A stretch of DNA of 64,000 bases, from assembly GCA_012295275.1 (NCBI GenBank), contig CM022665.1, positions 39,680,001-39,744,000 of the forward strand, given 5' to 3'. The notes under the pieces are model-generated. The model did no database searches. It was given only the letters and a program-made list of their open reading frames with translations, and had not been told where the DNA came from. This document shows, one piece after another, positions 14,425 to 29,360 of this stretch. The translations under genes and the position numbers were made by a program. This DNA is from Chrysomallon squamiferum. Taxonomy: Eukaryota > Animalia > Mollusca. How positions within the stretch are numbered: the first letter of the stretch is position 1; each line of letters opens with the position of its first letter.

Positions 14425-15694
14425 TCCATAAAAAAACAAACAACACACATAATACAAAAAGTCCACCATTATTTACAAAAACTCAAACACACCATTTTAT
14501 AACAACAAAATATTTCCCCCACACAAAAATTTTAACTTTCAGTTTTGCACACTTTAATAACGGTGTTCTGAGATAAGCAGAGTTTCTACCACGATGCCTG
14601 TGAGAGTCTGAGTGCTGTCATATCAGCAACACACAACACTATCCAGCGTGTAAACCGAGTCTCTTGGCATTTCTTACTTCTGAATATTAATAACAGTAAA
14701 ACCCAGCCCCAAGGCACGGGAGGGGTGCCCAGTGGCCGTTAACCGAAGTCCATCTGAAGCCCGGGCACACAGGAGAAGCGGTTCGTGGGAAAATTTCCCC
14801 GGGGAGAGAGAATTTTCTTAAATTATTGACGAGGAACTACAAAGGCATTCCGACTCGTTTTGTAAGCCGTCTCCCTGAAGAACGCTGGTCAGGAATAAAA
14901 TTAACATTCGTAATTATGAAATAGTGAATTTTGTTTCAGTGAATTTTCATTTCGATCGGGTTCATGGAGGAGAGAATGCTGAATGGAACCGGCAACCCTT
15001 AGAAGAAAAAAAAGAAAATAAAATAAAAAAAAAGAATAAAAACCTGATTTTCTATCGTTTTTTTCTCTCTGTCTTTTTTTTTTTTTTTTTTTAAGGTTGG
15101 GAGATTAACGTATAACAACTATGACAAACTGGTTTTTTTTTTCCATAATGGTAACGCATTATTCACACTCACAAATGCACGCACTGACGTACAATAATGT
15201 AAGATACACAAGGAATGATGCATAAAAGAGACAGTAGTAATATGTAGAAATATGCAGAATACTGAAGTAAAGGGAAACTGAAAAGAAAAAGCGAGTTGCT
15301 CTTGGTAGAAAATAGAGATCGAGATATAAATAAATAGTTAAGTAAAGAGATAGATAGATAAATAGATAGAGATAGATAAATAGACAGACAGACAGACATA
15401 TAGCCAGAATCATAATGCGAATGATAGATAAAGTTAAATAGAAATAGATAGGTAATTGTTTTTGTATGGATGGGACAGAGAAAGACAGATCAAAAGACAG
15501 CGAGAGAAATCGAAATACACAGAAAGAGACTGGAAAAGAGAGAAAATAAGAAAGAGACAGAGAAAGAGAAAATAAGAGAGAAAGAGAAATAAAGAAAGAT
15601 ACAGAGAAAGAAAGACAAGAGAAAGAAAGTGAGAACGAGAGAGCAAGATAATTAAAAATATAGATAAACAGATAGATATACACAACCATACACT

Positions 15695-15790
<96 letters not shown>

Positions 15791-17256
15791 TTGTGTGTCA
15801 CTTACAACATCACACTATTTAAAAATCAGAAGGAATGAAAAATGAACACACACTATTTCCGACTCAGTTAAACTATTAAAAAACTCTAGCGAAAACGACG
15901 CCAATTTCCATCAAAATCGAGTGTTTAATTATTTCTCACGTTTTCAGTTATTCTGTGAGTGAAGGTTATTGCTGCTCTGAGAATACTAATTAGACACAAT
16001 TTTTTTTTTGACCAGGATCTTGACGCCTGTAGTTCAAAAAAACTATTCAGTGGATATTGTACTTAATTCAGTAAAATGTTCAATTGCAGTTCCTATATTG
16101 AACAGTTCTACTTAGCAGTTGTAGTAGTGGTAGTAACAGGAGAAGTAGGTAGTGGTAGTTGTGGTATCAGCTGTAAAAGCTGCAGCAGTAGTCGTGATAG
16201 TAATAGACGTAATAGTACTTATAACAGCCGTCGTAGTAGTAATGGTAGTAGTCGTTGTAGTAGTAGTAGAAATAATAGAACAAGTAATAGTCGTCGTGGT
16301 AGTAGATATAATAGCACTAGTAATAGTCGTAGGTATAGTAATAGTAGTAGTAGTAATAGTTGTAGTTATACTCGTTTTAATAACAGAATTAGTAATAATA
16401 GTAGTCATCATGTTATTAATAATAAAAGTTTAATAATAGGTAAGACATTAACAGCAGCAGTAGAAGAAGAAGTAGTAGTTGTAGTACAAACAGTAGTAGT
16501 ACTAGTTGTAGTAGTAGTAGTAGTAGTATCACAACAGCAACGTCGACCCAAAATTAATAAAAAACAAATTAATAAGGAATATAACGATGACAACAATAAA
16601 AAAAAAAAAAAAAAAGTAAAATAATTAAATAAATAAATAAATAAATAAAAACACAGAAAAAAAGAAAAAAAAAAAAAAAAAAACAAACAAACAAAAAAAA
16701 AAAACATAATAAAAAACAAATATTAACCGTAATAACATCCACCACGATAACCAGAACAAGCACGACTGCAACAATATCAGTCAGCGATTTTGTTGACATT
16801 AATTTCCCGGCGCTGTGTTAGTCTGGCGTGAACAAATATCCACAATTCCATGGAGATTCTTCATTTTATTATTTGTTTTTCAAGGTAAACAAACTGTCAT
16901 TTGATCCACTCCATGCTACAGTTATTACGACACCGGCAGATCAATACATGCGAAGTTCTGAAGCCAAAAGCGATTATATACCTCAGAATAATGATAATGG
17001 CTGGCGATGATAATTATAATGATAGTGATGATGGTAATGATGATTAAGGTGATGGTAATAATAATAATGATAATGATGATGATAATAATAATAATAATAA
17101 TAGTAGTAGTAGTAGTAGTACTAGTAGTAATAATAATAATAACAATAATAATAATAATAATAACAATAATATCAACAACAACCATAATCATAATAATAAT
17201 AACAATAATAATATTAATAATGATGATAATAATAATGATGATAATAATAATAAGAT

Positions 17257-17291
<35 letters not shown>

Positions 17292-17365
17292 TGAACAGAT
17301 TCGACACACTGTGATAGCCATGCAACAGTTTTCAAAACACAATCTTTCATTTAGTGAATACGAAG

Positions 17366-17496
<131 letters not shown>

Positions 17497-18589
17497 GTAT
17501 TAATTAATCATCTCTGTTTTGTTTCAAGTTGAAGAATGATAATTTGTTGAATTAAGAAAAGTGACCTGAAATTTACGACTTGTTCCCTGACGGACCTTGT
17601 TGAAGATTAACCACAATGCCTCATACAACACCATGTTTAATAACGTCGTTAATAATTGGTCACTGGAGAGATTACAGTTCTGTTCAGTGGTAAAATTAGA
17701 ATTACGTCTCTCTTAATACTTCTGTTTTGTTTTCTTAGCCATCGGTCGTGCAATTGAAATATTTTTCTTGTCAGTAGTTAAAATTTGGAACGTCTTTCAT
17801 AGCTTTTTATTAGCTATATTTTCAAATGTGCTGACATATTTTAAAAGCAGTTAAGAAGTAAATATTATTGTCTTATCAGGTATTGGTAGCATGGCTGTTA
17901 TGTATGATTTCAGAGCGAAATCTCTAGCCTGAGAAACAAAGGGATACAGGATCTATCCTCTTCAGCTTACAGTTCCTTCCAACTAATGCTTCACGATTAG
18001 TTCATCATTTTATCATAAGAAAATCCTACAGCTAACAAAAAACCCGACAGTCACCTTAACTGCACCATTTAAATAATCCTAAATGTAGCAGTAAAACAAA
18101 TGAATCTTTTGTTTAATAAAACGAAATCATTAAATCAAACGTCTTTAGGACTTGGGCTATAATACTAACAAAGTCTTGGTATTGCAGTGTAATAACTGAT
18201 TCTGCCAAGAGTAACTGAAGATATATAAACACATTACGTTACTCCTTTTCTTTGATTCCAGTACCAAAACCTTGAAGCAGACTAATAACGTTAGAGTGAT
18301 ATTCACGTTTTTCTAATGCATTATCCTAACACTGAAAGCACCTCAGACTAATATTCTAAGACGTTGTCTTGGTATTTTTAAAATTAGGCTATCCGGCTTC
18401 GTTCTTAGGACAAGATACGTAACAGTATTGTGTGCTTTGAATTATAACACTTTAATAAGGTAAATGTACCACACAAAAACTTGTGTTGTCCTTAGCGTGT
18501 TGAAGACAGTCCGAAACAAACTCAGACTGTATGGAAAAAGGATCGACTGACTGTCTGATTTTTGTTATAAGGCCTTTCATTTACTTTTT

Positions 18590-18634
<45 letters not shown>

Positions 18635-19873
18635 TTAATAATAATAACAACAAAAACAACAACAACGACATCAGCAACAACAGCAACAACAACTACAATA
18701 CGTGCTGCTGCCGTTACAATCACTATAACAATAATAACAACTACTACTGCTACAACAAACACCACCATCACCATCACCACGACCACCACTACTACTACAA
18801 CTACAACTGCTGCTGCTGCTGCTGAAGATGATAATAGTAAATTTTCATTCAAGCAGCATAGAAGAAGTTGTCATTATATAAACGTGTTGTAAGGAGAAAG
18901 TGGAAAAATAGGAAAAGAAAAACAAGAAAAACAAAGATAACAAAACCCATCAAGAAACTTACGATCATCCTAAATGAACCTAAATGACGGCTAATTTGTA
19001 GCGTTTTAAACTTCACTAATGAAATTAGTATCTGATAAATTTACACTGTGTATCTCTCACATCAGACTTTTTACATCATAGCTTAGTATCTCTCTCTCTC
19101 TCTCTCTCTCTGGACCTATTGCATCAACAATTAACACACTATTACGTTTCTTCTCAAAGCATCGTTTTCAAAACAGATGGACTTTAATGGCTCTTTGGAT
19201 CCAGCAAAAGTAAAAAAAAAAAAACAGATGTCATTTGGAAAACTGAAGCTGCAAAATCTTGTTAGTCACATTATGTAATACAAAAAAGCCACACACACAC
19301 ACCACCACACACACACACACACACACACATAAAAAACACACACAAAAACCTCAAAACACACGCCAATTAGTAAAGGAAATTATGTCGAATCACGAGTAAT
19401 GTTTGTTTTTCATTTTGCTAATAGACACTTGTGTTCTCGTTTAATTTTGTTTCTGCATATCGGCCACATTACGTTATCCATACACAGGAGACAAGAAAAC
19501 AACAAAACAAAAAAAAACCCCAAAACACACAGTGTTAGTGAAACCTAGTTACTAGTTCACTGTCTTTACTCTGGGAGGTTTCTGGATCGCCTCCCGGTTT
19601 AGGTTCCAGTCAAAAAATCAGTACGAGGGTTGTAATCAGTACAGATTTTTCTCTTTCTAATTAATCCGAGAATTGTGTTTTAGTCAGGTATTATTTTCGT
19701 TTCTCCCAGTGTTACTAGATGTCGTAAATTTAATGAGATTTAAGATAAAAAAACTGGAAGAAAAATTTAAAAAGGAATTGATACACGAAAAATATTATTG
19801 AGGGTGATATTATTTTGACGAAGTGATCTGTGTTATTATTAGTTTAAATAAATAAATAAATAACGATAATGAT

Positions 19874-19961
<88 letters not shown>

Positions 19962-20479
19962 TAGTAATAGTAGCAGTATTGATAGTAGTTGTATCAGTAA
20001 CATTAGTAGTAGTTGTAGTAGTAGCAGTATCATAATAATAATAATAAAAATTATAATTATGATTATTATTATTATTATTATTAAATAGAAGTATTGGTAT
20101 TGAAAGCTGTGAATGTAAAATTAATTCCCTGGATCATTCGGTGTATATAGAAGATAATTATCTAACATGAATCTTCTTAAATCAAGTTTAGCTCGACAAC
20201 AGAATTCTATAACAATTTCCTTAATAGCAGATAGGAAAATAGTACATGCCAACACAGGAAGTCTTACGTCATTAAATAATTAACGATTTTTTATTGGTTA
20301 AAAACAAATAGTCATCAATTTTGAACCAAAAAAAAACTCGAGCGATCTAAATGTTAATCGCTTTGAGCATAAAATGGTTTTATATGAAAATCTTAGATAG
20401 TAAAACAAATGCTATGAGAAATGAAATAAAATGATATTTTTGTTTTATTTAACATACATGAATTTATTTTCTATCATCT

Positions 20480-20650
20480 GCTGTAAATATTCTAGGTGCG
20501 TGTAAAACCAGGCAGCGAAATACCATACATAAACACTTCTTTTTTTTTTTTTTTTTTTTTTTGTAACAAAAAATTTGAGGCTGGAACGGGAAACAGACTC
20601 CCCAAAAAGGAAGAAGATGTTTGATCCACGACCCATCAGCCTGAGTGCAT
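20480..20650 (-). mobile_element. Decayed SINE fragment, same family
   Basis: The reverse complement contains GATGGGTCGTGGATCAAAC and TTTCCCGTTCCAGC, matching the 13430 copy. Confidence 0.45.
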
Positions 20651-20761
20651 AAAAAAATAAAATAATAAAATAAAATAAAAAATAAAAATAAAAAATAAAA
20701 ATGTCTAAAAAAAGCACTTCATCTAAGTCGTTATTTCGTTTCAGAAACCTGTTTGTGATTA

Positions 20762-21229
20762 CAGGCTGACCATCACTTATCCGGCAATCAATTATCCGGT
20801 TCAGTCAGTAATCCGGCACTAATTTTGTACTGATGCACTTTCAGATTTCTCATTTCTGCCACCTCACTCGTAAACACTATCAAGTTAGTTCTTTTTGTCT
20901 TCTCTGCATTTTTATTACAACATTTTGTCCGCAGACGTGAAAATCTGTTAGTTGCCAATCGCATCTGTTTACCTTCACAGGGGAAGTGATGATTTTTCTT
21001 ATGTAAGTCAGTAGAATTATCTTTATTTTTACCTGTTTTTCAATAAAATTTCACTTGATTTTCATTTAATTTTTCTTTTTATTGTTACTAACCAACACGT
21101 ACTGATTTAGGGTGTGACTTTAGATGCTGGGTTAATTGCATTCTAACGTAAAAACCAGTTATCCGGCAAAAATAACTTATCCGGTACCCTACAGGTCCGG
21201 ACGATACCGGATTAGTGATGGCCAACCTA
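20762..21229. mobile_element. Tc1/mariner-pogo-type MITE, 468 bp
   Basis: TIR CAGGCTGACCATCACTTATCCGGCA versus the reverse complement of the right end, TAGGTTGGCCATCACTAATCCGGTA (20/25). TA on both sides, subterminal ATCCGG repeats, no ORF. Confidence 0.8.
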
Positions 21230-21296
21230 TACAAACAAAACAATACAAAACTTAAACAGTAACAGTAAAAATTAAAATTTTAAAAAAAAGACTTAC

Positions 21297-21324
21297 CTTC
21301 CATCTGTTCAGCAGGAATTTTAGC
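21297..21324 (-). CDS. Calmodulin-like gene A, probable 28-nt exon 2 (AKIPAEQME-E)
   Basis: ttccAG|GCT AAA ATT CCT GCT GAA CAG ATG GAA G|GTAAGT. Consensus donor, phase 0 in and phase 1 out, homologous to CaM ADQLTEEQIAE. Implies a 14.2-kb intron to 7127. Confidence 0.75.
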
Positions 21325-22165
21325 CTGGAAGTAAATTAAAAAATACAAGTTAGAATGATCGACACGAAACCTGCGCTCATATCAACATTATATGTAAGTT
21401 TAATGTTTATCGGAATACTGTAACTCTGTTATATTGTGTTTGTTACTTTCGTCGTAATGGAACCACGGATTAATTTCGAACTAGCTATTTGATAAATTCT
21501 GTTTAAACGAGTCTATGTATGTACGTAATAGGTTTTTGAATGTGTTTGTGCATGTGTGCGTATGTGTATTTATATATGTATGTATGTGTGTATGCATGCA
21601 TGAATAAAATAAATGCATTTGTGTATCAGTAGTGGGTGTATAAATGTGCATGTGTGTATGCCTGTGCGTTGATTCATTTCAGTTAGGACACTGATAACAG
21701 TATAATGAAAGAAAAATATAATTAAGTTTTCGTTATAAGGAAAAGTCTTTCTTAAACCGTTTTTAAAATCGTTATTCCTGTTCTGTGAAACTGAACAATT
21801 ATCATATTCATTCCTATTTCGTATTTCATTCCATTGATTTAACATAATTAATATATATATATTATAGATTTATTTAAGCAACAGTTTCAGGTTGTAGAAG
21901 GTTGTTAACATTTTGTTACATATTTTGTTGTTGCATTTGTAAGTATAAATATAACACTCAGATTCAGACGAAAATGCACACACACACACACACACACGCA
22001 CAGAGGCAAACACGCACATACTCACATAAATATATACATACATACATACAGAACATATTATAATTTTAATTTAATTTTGAAACAATTATAGATGATCGTA
22101 GTTACGCAGACTCTACAAATAAATGGTGCATCGATATGATCAGGGATTTTCTCAGTATATATTTA

Positions 22166-22213
<48 letters not shown>

Positions 22214-23226
22214 TGTCGGTGCAAAAATTTATATCATTTTAAGTGTGAATACTCATTTGAAAATATTTTGCATTCCTCATTAAGATCTGACTGTGAGCTT
22301 AAAACAGAAAGTGATTGTCGTTCTTTTTAGCCATCGGTCGTTCAACTGAAATATTTTTCTCATTGCGGAACTTAGCAAACGTCATTTCGACAACGTAGTT
22401 GTTGTTGCGAAGCTAACCGAGGCGTTGTTTTCGACAAGGGCGTAGAAATACAGAATTTCATTAACTGAGAAAAACTTTAATGGAAAGTAATCAGTTGAAA
22501 ACAATCTCGCGACGCCCATCAACGCAATGGCTGTGTCTTTAATAATGCAGAGAGCAGACGACAAAACTTAAACTGCGAGAAAGCTGCTGAAATTGACACG
22601 CCAGTGTAGCTCGTGAAAAGCGGGATTGCTGCATGATTGTATACAATTGTGTTTCTACTTGATTTTTTTTACGCAGACGCGAAAGTTGTAAAAGAACTGA
22701 TAATTCGTTAAAATCCTGATTTGAGGATTTTAAGATAAGAAGAGGGTAAACTTCAGTCTTTGTGTGGGAGAGGACATTGTATCTGGACATCTAAAGAAAT
22801 TTTTGTAAGAAAGAAAAAAAAAAAAAAAAAAAAAAGAACGAGTACAAACTGGAGTTAAAAAGAAAAAAGAAATAAAAAGAAACAAGGAGAGAAAGAAGAA
22901 GAATGATAAGAAAAATCATCATCATTGTCACCATCACCATCATTAATCTCGTCGTCATCATCATCCTCCTCATCACCATCATCACAAGATTATTATAAAC
23001 ATTATAGACTACATCATTTCATCCATTCACTAATCCATCCATCCATCCTTCCATTCGTCTATATAATAAGTTCATCAATTCGTCGACTCATCCATTCATC
23101 AATCCATTCATTCCCATCAGTTTTGAACAACTCCAATCAATTCACAAAAGCCGGTCTGACGAATTAAGAAAATCAGCAAAGCAGTACACATTATTAATCT
23201 CAGATAGTATTATTTTCTGATCGTAA

Positions 23227-23259
<33 letters not shown>

Positions 23260-24501
23260 ACCCACACACAAAAAAAAACCCCACTCTGCAATCAAGGCTT
23301 AGGCCAAACGCCTTGGAAGTGGACCACTTTAAGGTCAAGATTCTGACAGACTTCACGACAAGGACGAAACGAAATGAGGAAACTTAGCTCTTCACGTGTG
23401 ATGTCAGAAGAAGCAATGTTTCGTCGGATTACGAATAATTACGCACAGCGTCAAGTATTTTACGTTAAAGGAGGTGGAAAAGATACTTAAAGAGAAAAAC
23501 GTCTTTCCAACAGAGACAAACCGATTATGATTAAACCGCTATTTCTGGCCGGTAGAGTGGTTCATTTGTCGAGTCTGTGTCATGTCAGCTATTTATATAA
23601 AAAAAGAAACAGTGCTAGGGTACTGTTATTTTACAATGAGTCAATATTAACTTCATGTAAAGATGAAAAATAAATGAAGAAGAAAGAAAATCCTACAAAA
23701 GACACAAAATTGGCAATTAAGACCAAGCAGTAAGACCTTACCCACTCAATCGCTAAACAAGAAAAGGAAAAAAGAAACGAAATAGCTATAGAAATGAATA
23801 AAAATAATCTTCTTCTATCTTCTAATATACTAAGATACTGAGCAAAGGTAGAAATCTATTGACTCAGTGGGTGTAAATCATGTAGCTTTGTATTAAACCT
23901 ATCTAGACGGTAATGTGATTGGTACGCATTGGCAAGTATTTCATTCATTTCTGTTTTTCTCTAGATTTAGTCTGTTCTGCATGAAATTAAGATTTCTTCT
24001 TCTTGTTCATTTTCGACCTCTTCTTATTTTCATATTCTGGAAGGGTCGGGGAATAAGCAGATAACAAAAAAAAAAAAAAAAAAAAATAGAAAGAAGAATC
24101 CTATGCTAATTTACAAAGGAATTACCTGCATATTTACATTAAGCCTATTATTAAATGCGTGTCGTAATTGAAGCTTAGGTATCATTATAGAAAAAACCAC
24201 ATTAATATTATCATCATAACCTTACGCGGTATTTATAATCTCCAACTCGGCAACTAAATATACTGGAATCCCTCATAAACATGCTCAGGTCTATACTTAA
24301 TGTTCTGTCGCAAGGTAATAGCTTTGTATAATTTAGCTTCTCGTTTCATACTAATACTAGTTAAATTTAGATCTTTTTTTCAGTTCCTTGGCAAGAACGT
24401 AGATAATAATTCTTGACATAGTAAGAATTTGTTATTTGTGAATATACCGATTTGAAATTGTGTTATATGAAGAAGTAACAATTATATCTATGTGAATGTT
24501 T

Positions 24502-24551
<50 letters not shown>

Positions 24552-25312
24552 GTAGACAGATGAAACAGAGACAATTTATACACAAAGTGAAAGTAAAAGT
24601 TAATATAATTAACAGAATCGAATATAAATGAACATGAAAATACACGAAAAGTAAATAAATAAAAACAATAAATGACAAAAGACCAAAGAAAAGTAGCAAA
24701 ACTAACAAAAGAAAAAACTTTAACAATCGCTCGTTCCAGCATATTAACTTTTCCCCCGACATCGATCCTTTGACATCCCTACATTGTCAACGCTTAATAA
24801 CTCTCGTACTCAATACTCAATTATTTACGACCGTCTCGTTTTTACGACGGCCATGAATCTAGAGTTCACTCTGTCAAAACGTTTTGCGTTGCTTCACGAA
24901 AGTAAAACAGATGTTGCAGTGACGAAAGACAATACAAGCATCCACTGGTCAATTATCTTGTATTGTTCACTGACCAGGAATGCGGCGAACGTCGAGAGGA
25001 CAAACATCGATTTCGATAACTCGACGATCAAACACGCGACACGTAGAGGCACACAAAGAGCTGACAGGTGATACGTTCATACAAGTTTAATTTTTTTTTT
25101 CTTTTCTAATCTCTCTCGCTTAGTTAGACGTACGCGTGTGTATGCGTGCGTGCGTGTGCGTGTGTGCGTGCGTATTGTTTCAGTTAAGGTGGAAAATCAA
25201 CGGGAGTAAAAAAAAAAAACCGAGATAAATTAATTTATATACGTATAAATAAAAGACTAAGGAAAATAAATGAATAAATAAACAGATAAATAAATAAGCT
25301 AATAAAAATAAG

Positions 25313-25343
<31 letters not shown>

Positions 25344-26755
25344 AAATATGAACAAACAAACGAAAAAACAGATAAAGAAACAAATAAAGAAACAAACAAA
25401 CAAACTAATAAATAAGTAAATAAAAACCAAAAACAAAAACATCAAAAAAAAAAAAAAATAATAAAAATAAAAATAAAAATAAACTCTAAATAAATATAAT
25501 TAACGGGTTCAAACAGGCACTTAATACAACTAATAAATTACAGAAACTGTCTCGAAACCTTCAGCGATGCAGAATCGATACGCTTCAGTAGACACAAACC
25601 AAACAAAAAAACCATAACAAAACAAAATAAAATAAACAGCAAATAATATTTATTTTAAAACAGAAAAAATCAATCTGTTTTCTGTCCCGCTGTATAGCAT
25701 AGTAATAATATAAAAAAATTATTTAAAAAAATTATAGATATAGAAAACAAAACAAAAATAATTACAAAAAGGGTAAAAACTGCTTTGTTGGATATTTTGA
25801 AGGTTTCTACTCTAAAATATTTCACTAATCTGATAAAATTGGATTGTCAATAATTTAATAATATCTGGGGTGCAGTTACAAAGTGGTAATACTTCAGGGT
25901 ACATTTTAATTCATTACGGACCTGGCTCACCTATCAAATAAAATATCGCTGCTCTAATAAAAAATTAAGAATTTAAATTTAACGGTTTCGTCATAGCATA
26001 GAAATGGGATTGTAAAGACATATAAAGGAAAGTAAAGAAAATAACAATGACAACAAACAATAACAAACAAAATAAATAAACATACAAACAAACAAACAAA
26101 CAAACAAAATTATAAATAAATAAATAAATAAATAAAAGGTCAAAAATAAGCAGACACTATCTGTTCACAGCAAAAACGAATTCATAAATTTTCTTCTTCG
26201 TTTTCCTTTTATTTGAACAAAGACAAAACACTTCAGCTCTCGCTGATGCATGGCACTGTCGCTTTTAATCAAAATAATGACCACTCCCAGCTCTTTAGGG
26301 GGATATAAGTTACGTCCCCGTTGTGGTCGCTAAACTGACCGGTGCATGAAATGTGGCCAGGATGACCGATAACTCTGGACGTATGCACATAATTATCCCG
26401 CGGAAAAGAAAAAAAAAAAAAAGAAGAAATCATCCGTCAATGATTAAATTAATATTCTGACGTTGCAGAGTGGGAAATGTATCAAACACAACAGTTGTGT
26501 TGTACCTCACGCTGCTTGTGGGCAAGAAACACTATCCGAAATTTGATGAATTATTTTACCCACTCCGGCAAAGTTCGTGCACGTCTGCGATGGGCAAACG
26601 ATCATGTTATCCTAGAGGGAGTTGTACAAACTAGGGAAATGGGTGGAGATATTTGGTTTGTTGGAGATATTTGGACAGTCATGGTGACAAAGAAAAATTA
26701 AGAAATATGCGTTAAAAAGGTTTTTATTTATTATTATTATTTTTTTTTTTTTTCC

Positions 26756-26815
26756 GGGCTGTAGCTCAGTGGTTAGAGTACAGGACTCGGATAGCGTGGG
26801 TTGTGGGATCGATCC
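26756..26815 (+). mobile_element. tRNA-derived SINE head (truncated)
   Basis: A-box-like GTAGCTCAGTGGTTAGAG and B-box-like GGGATCGATCC at tRNA spacing, with no acceptor stem. Confidence 0.65.
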
Positions 26816-26929
26816 TTCTAAATGCTTAGACCCAGGCAATCATGCACGAATGAAGGATGAGACTATGTATTTAACTTGTCTTTTACTTATAACAGAGAGA
26901 GAGAGCAGATGAATGCTGGTATTTTTAAC

Positions 26930-26966
<37 letters not shown>

Positions 26967-27905
26967 TTTATTTATATATTGTGACGCTACAGTATTATAT
27001 TTTAACGATGATTACAAAACGTGTGTTGTGCATGGTTAAATGTTAAATATTTGTCTTGCTTTGCCTTACGTCTCTTGTGAGCTAAATGGGGAAGGTGTAA
27101 AACCTCTTTCTTCTAGCTGATCTTCAAACCGTCTAACACTAACACTGTCTACAGGGGAGACAACACAGGTTCTTCGATTTCGGGTTTAGGACAATCATGC
27201 TTAAACATGCGTAGGATGTAGTCACGATTCGGGTCGATTTGTAAGGAGTTAGTAAATTCTTATCTTAAAATCAAAAGAAAGAAAAAGTACCAAACAACAA
27301 GAAGAAAGACAAAGAAAAAAAAAAAAAAATTTTGCTCAAAATTAAGCACACCTATGCAAAGGTTTCATTCATACCTTTAACATAATTACACGCTCGTTTT
27401 CTGTCACCTTATAACATTTATATGGAAGGTATAATCAAATTAAATTAAGAAATGTGATAAAAACCAAAAAAACCCCCAAAACCTAAAGGAGATTAAACAG
27501 ACAAAGACTACAAGATTATCATTTGAACATTCTGGAATACGCAACAAACACAGAAATACAAAACCAAAATTTTACGCATAAACGCACAAATATTTGACGA
27601 ATAAATCAAATAATGTAACTGTTAAATTTTTCGGAAACGTAAAAAAAAAGGGTTCGCTGGTGTTAGGGTGTTAATAATCCATAAAACTTCAAACAATTTT
27701 TGTCAAAAATTAGATAAACATTTTCTACGGAATAGTGACTAAAACGTTCAAATAGAATAAAAAAAAGTATTTAGCGCATCTGATAGCTGGAAACATACTT
27801 CAACATGGGCAGAAAGACGGAGATTGCGGATAACAGACAATAAGACAGACGTAGAGCGATTCAAAATTGAAAGAGAAACAGACAGAAAGATAGAGAAATA
27901 GATAC

Positions 27906-27999
<94 letters not shown>

Positions 28000-29269
28000 A
28001 CAGACTGAGGGAGAGAGATGGATACACTCAGAAAAAGAGAAACATGTAAATTAACATGAAGACAGAGCAAACGCAGACGTCACGGGCATGGCTGGATGGC
28101 GTCTCTTTGGTTCGTGGAAAACTGATTTGTTCGACATTTTTACGCAGATTAAAACACACGAGTACACGCTGCCTGAAATTTTTCCCCTTGTTTTGTCTCC
28201 GAGTCGAATGCGCCTTGATCATGAACGTCATGAACAACGTGAATCGAAAGACTGCAACAACAGCAGCAGCAACATTCAAAAACAGAAAGAAACAGAATAA
28301 CATTTTCAAGAATATGGTAACAGAAAAGAACCAACATAACCTCTAAGGCAGAGCAAATTGAACAGGGTTCCAGAAACAGGGGACCGTAAACAGACACACA
28401 TAAATTGAGAAAAATAGAAAAATGGACGTATAATATCACAGACAATAAAACAAGAATAGAGCAAATTTAACACGAAGTGTGTGACAAGAAGGAAATCAAT
28501 CAGCCCAAAACATCAGAAAGACAAGGAACATAAACTAAAATTGTTCTTTAAAACAGGCGAAACACAACAGCTAGAAAATATTTTATTCCATTTAGAGAAT
28601 GATGATAATTATCAATGACGTTTAACAGTTAATTATTATTAATTCTGAAAACCCCGGTAATTCAGACAGTGTTTCACTGAAATGACACACACACACACAC
28701 ACACACACATATTATTTTCGTTTCACTGCTTTCACAAAAAAAACATTTCCCCTAATGAAAATTAATGATATTACTGCCACTGAAGTCAAACCTTCGGCGT
28801 TTTTGTTAAGGAAAAAAAAAAAAAAAAAAAAAATAAAAGAAAAATCATATCAATTACCAAACTCATGAAGCAGCGTCTTACAAAATAATTCTCAGCGACA
28901 CCATTTTTCTCTGTTGTCATTAGATTACAAACTTGCTGGGACTCCGGATCAAATTATACGGGAAACAAATGCGGCGTACACCGCACTGCAACATGTTGCC
29001 CGTCACGGAATTATTAACAAATTAGTAAACAGCTAAATGAGATTGTTTTGAGAGAACAGTGAATCACAGAAACCTAACACGGGAATAATGCATGATCAGA
29101 CGATTTCAACGACGCGATTAAATAGCGCTTTATTTCTTTTGTGTAGTAGTTGTTTAGTTGTTTTTGTTTTACTTCGTACGTCTTTGTCTGTTAATTCGCC
29201 CATTCACGTCCCTTTATCTAGATAAGTACGTACGTACATACCTGTCAAGTGTCTGTCTGTCTTTATATA

Positions 29270-29360
<91 letters not shown>

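Noticed and set aside
26756-26830. Functional tRNA gene
   Set aside because: Only A/B-box remnants are present; no acceptor or anticodon stems can be formed, so a SINE head fits better.
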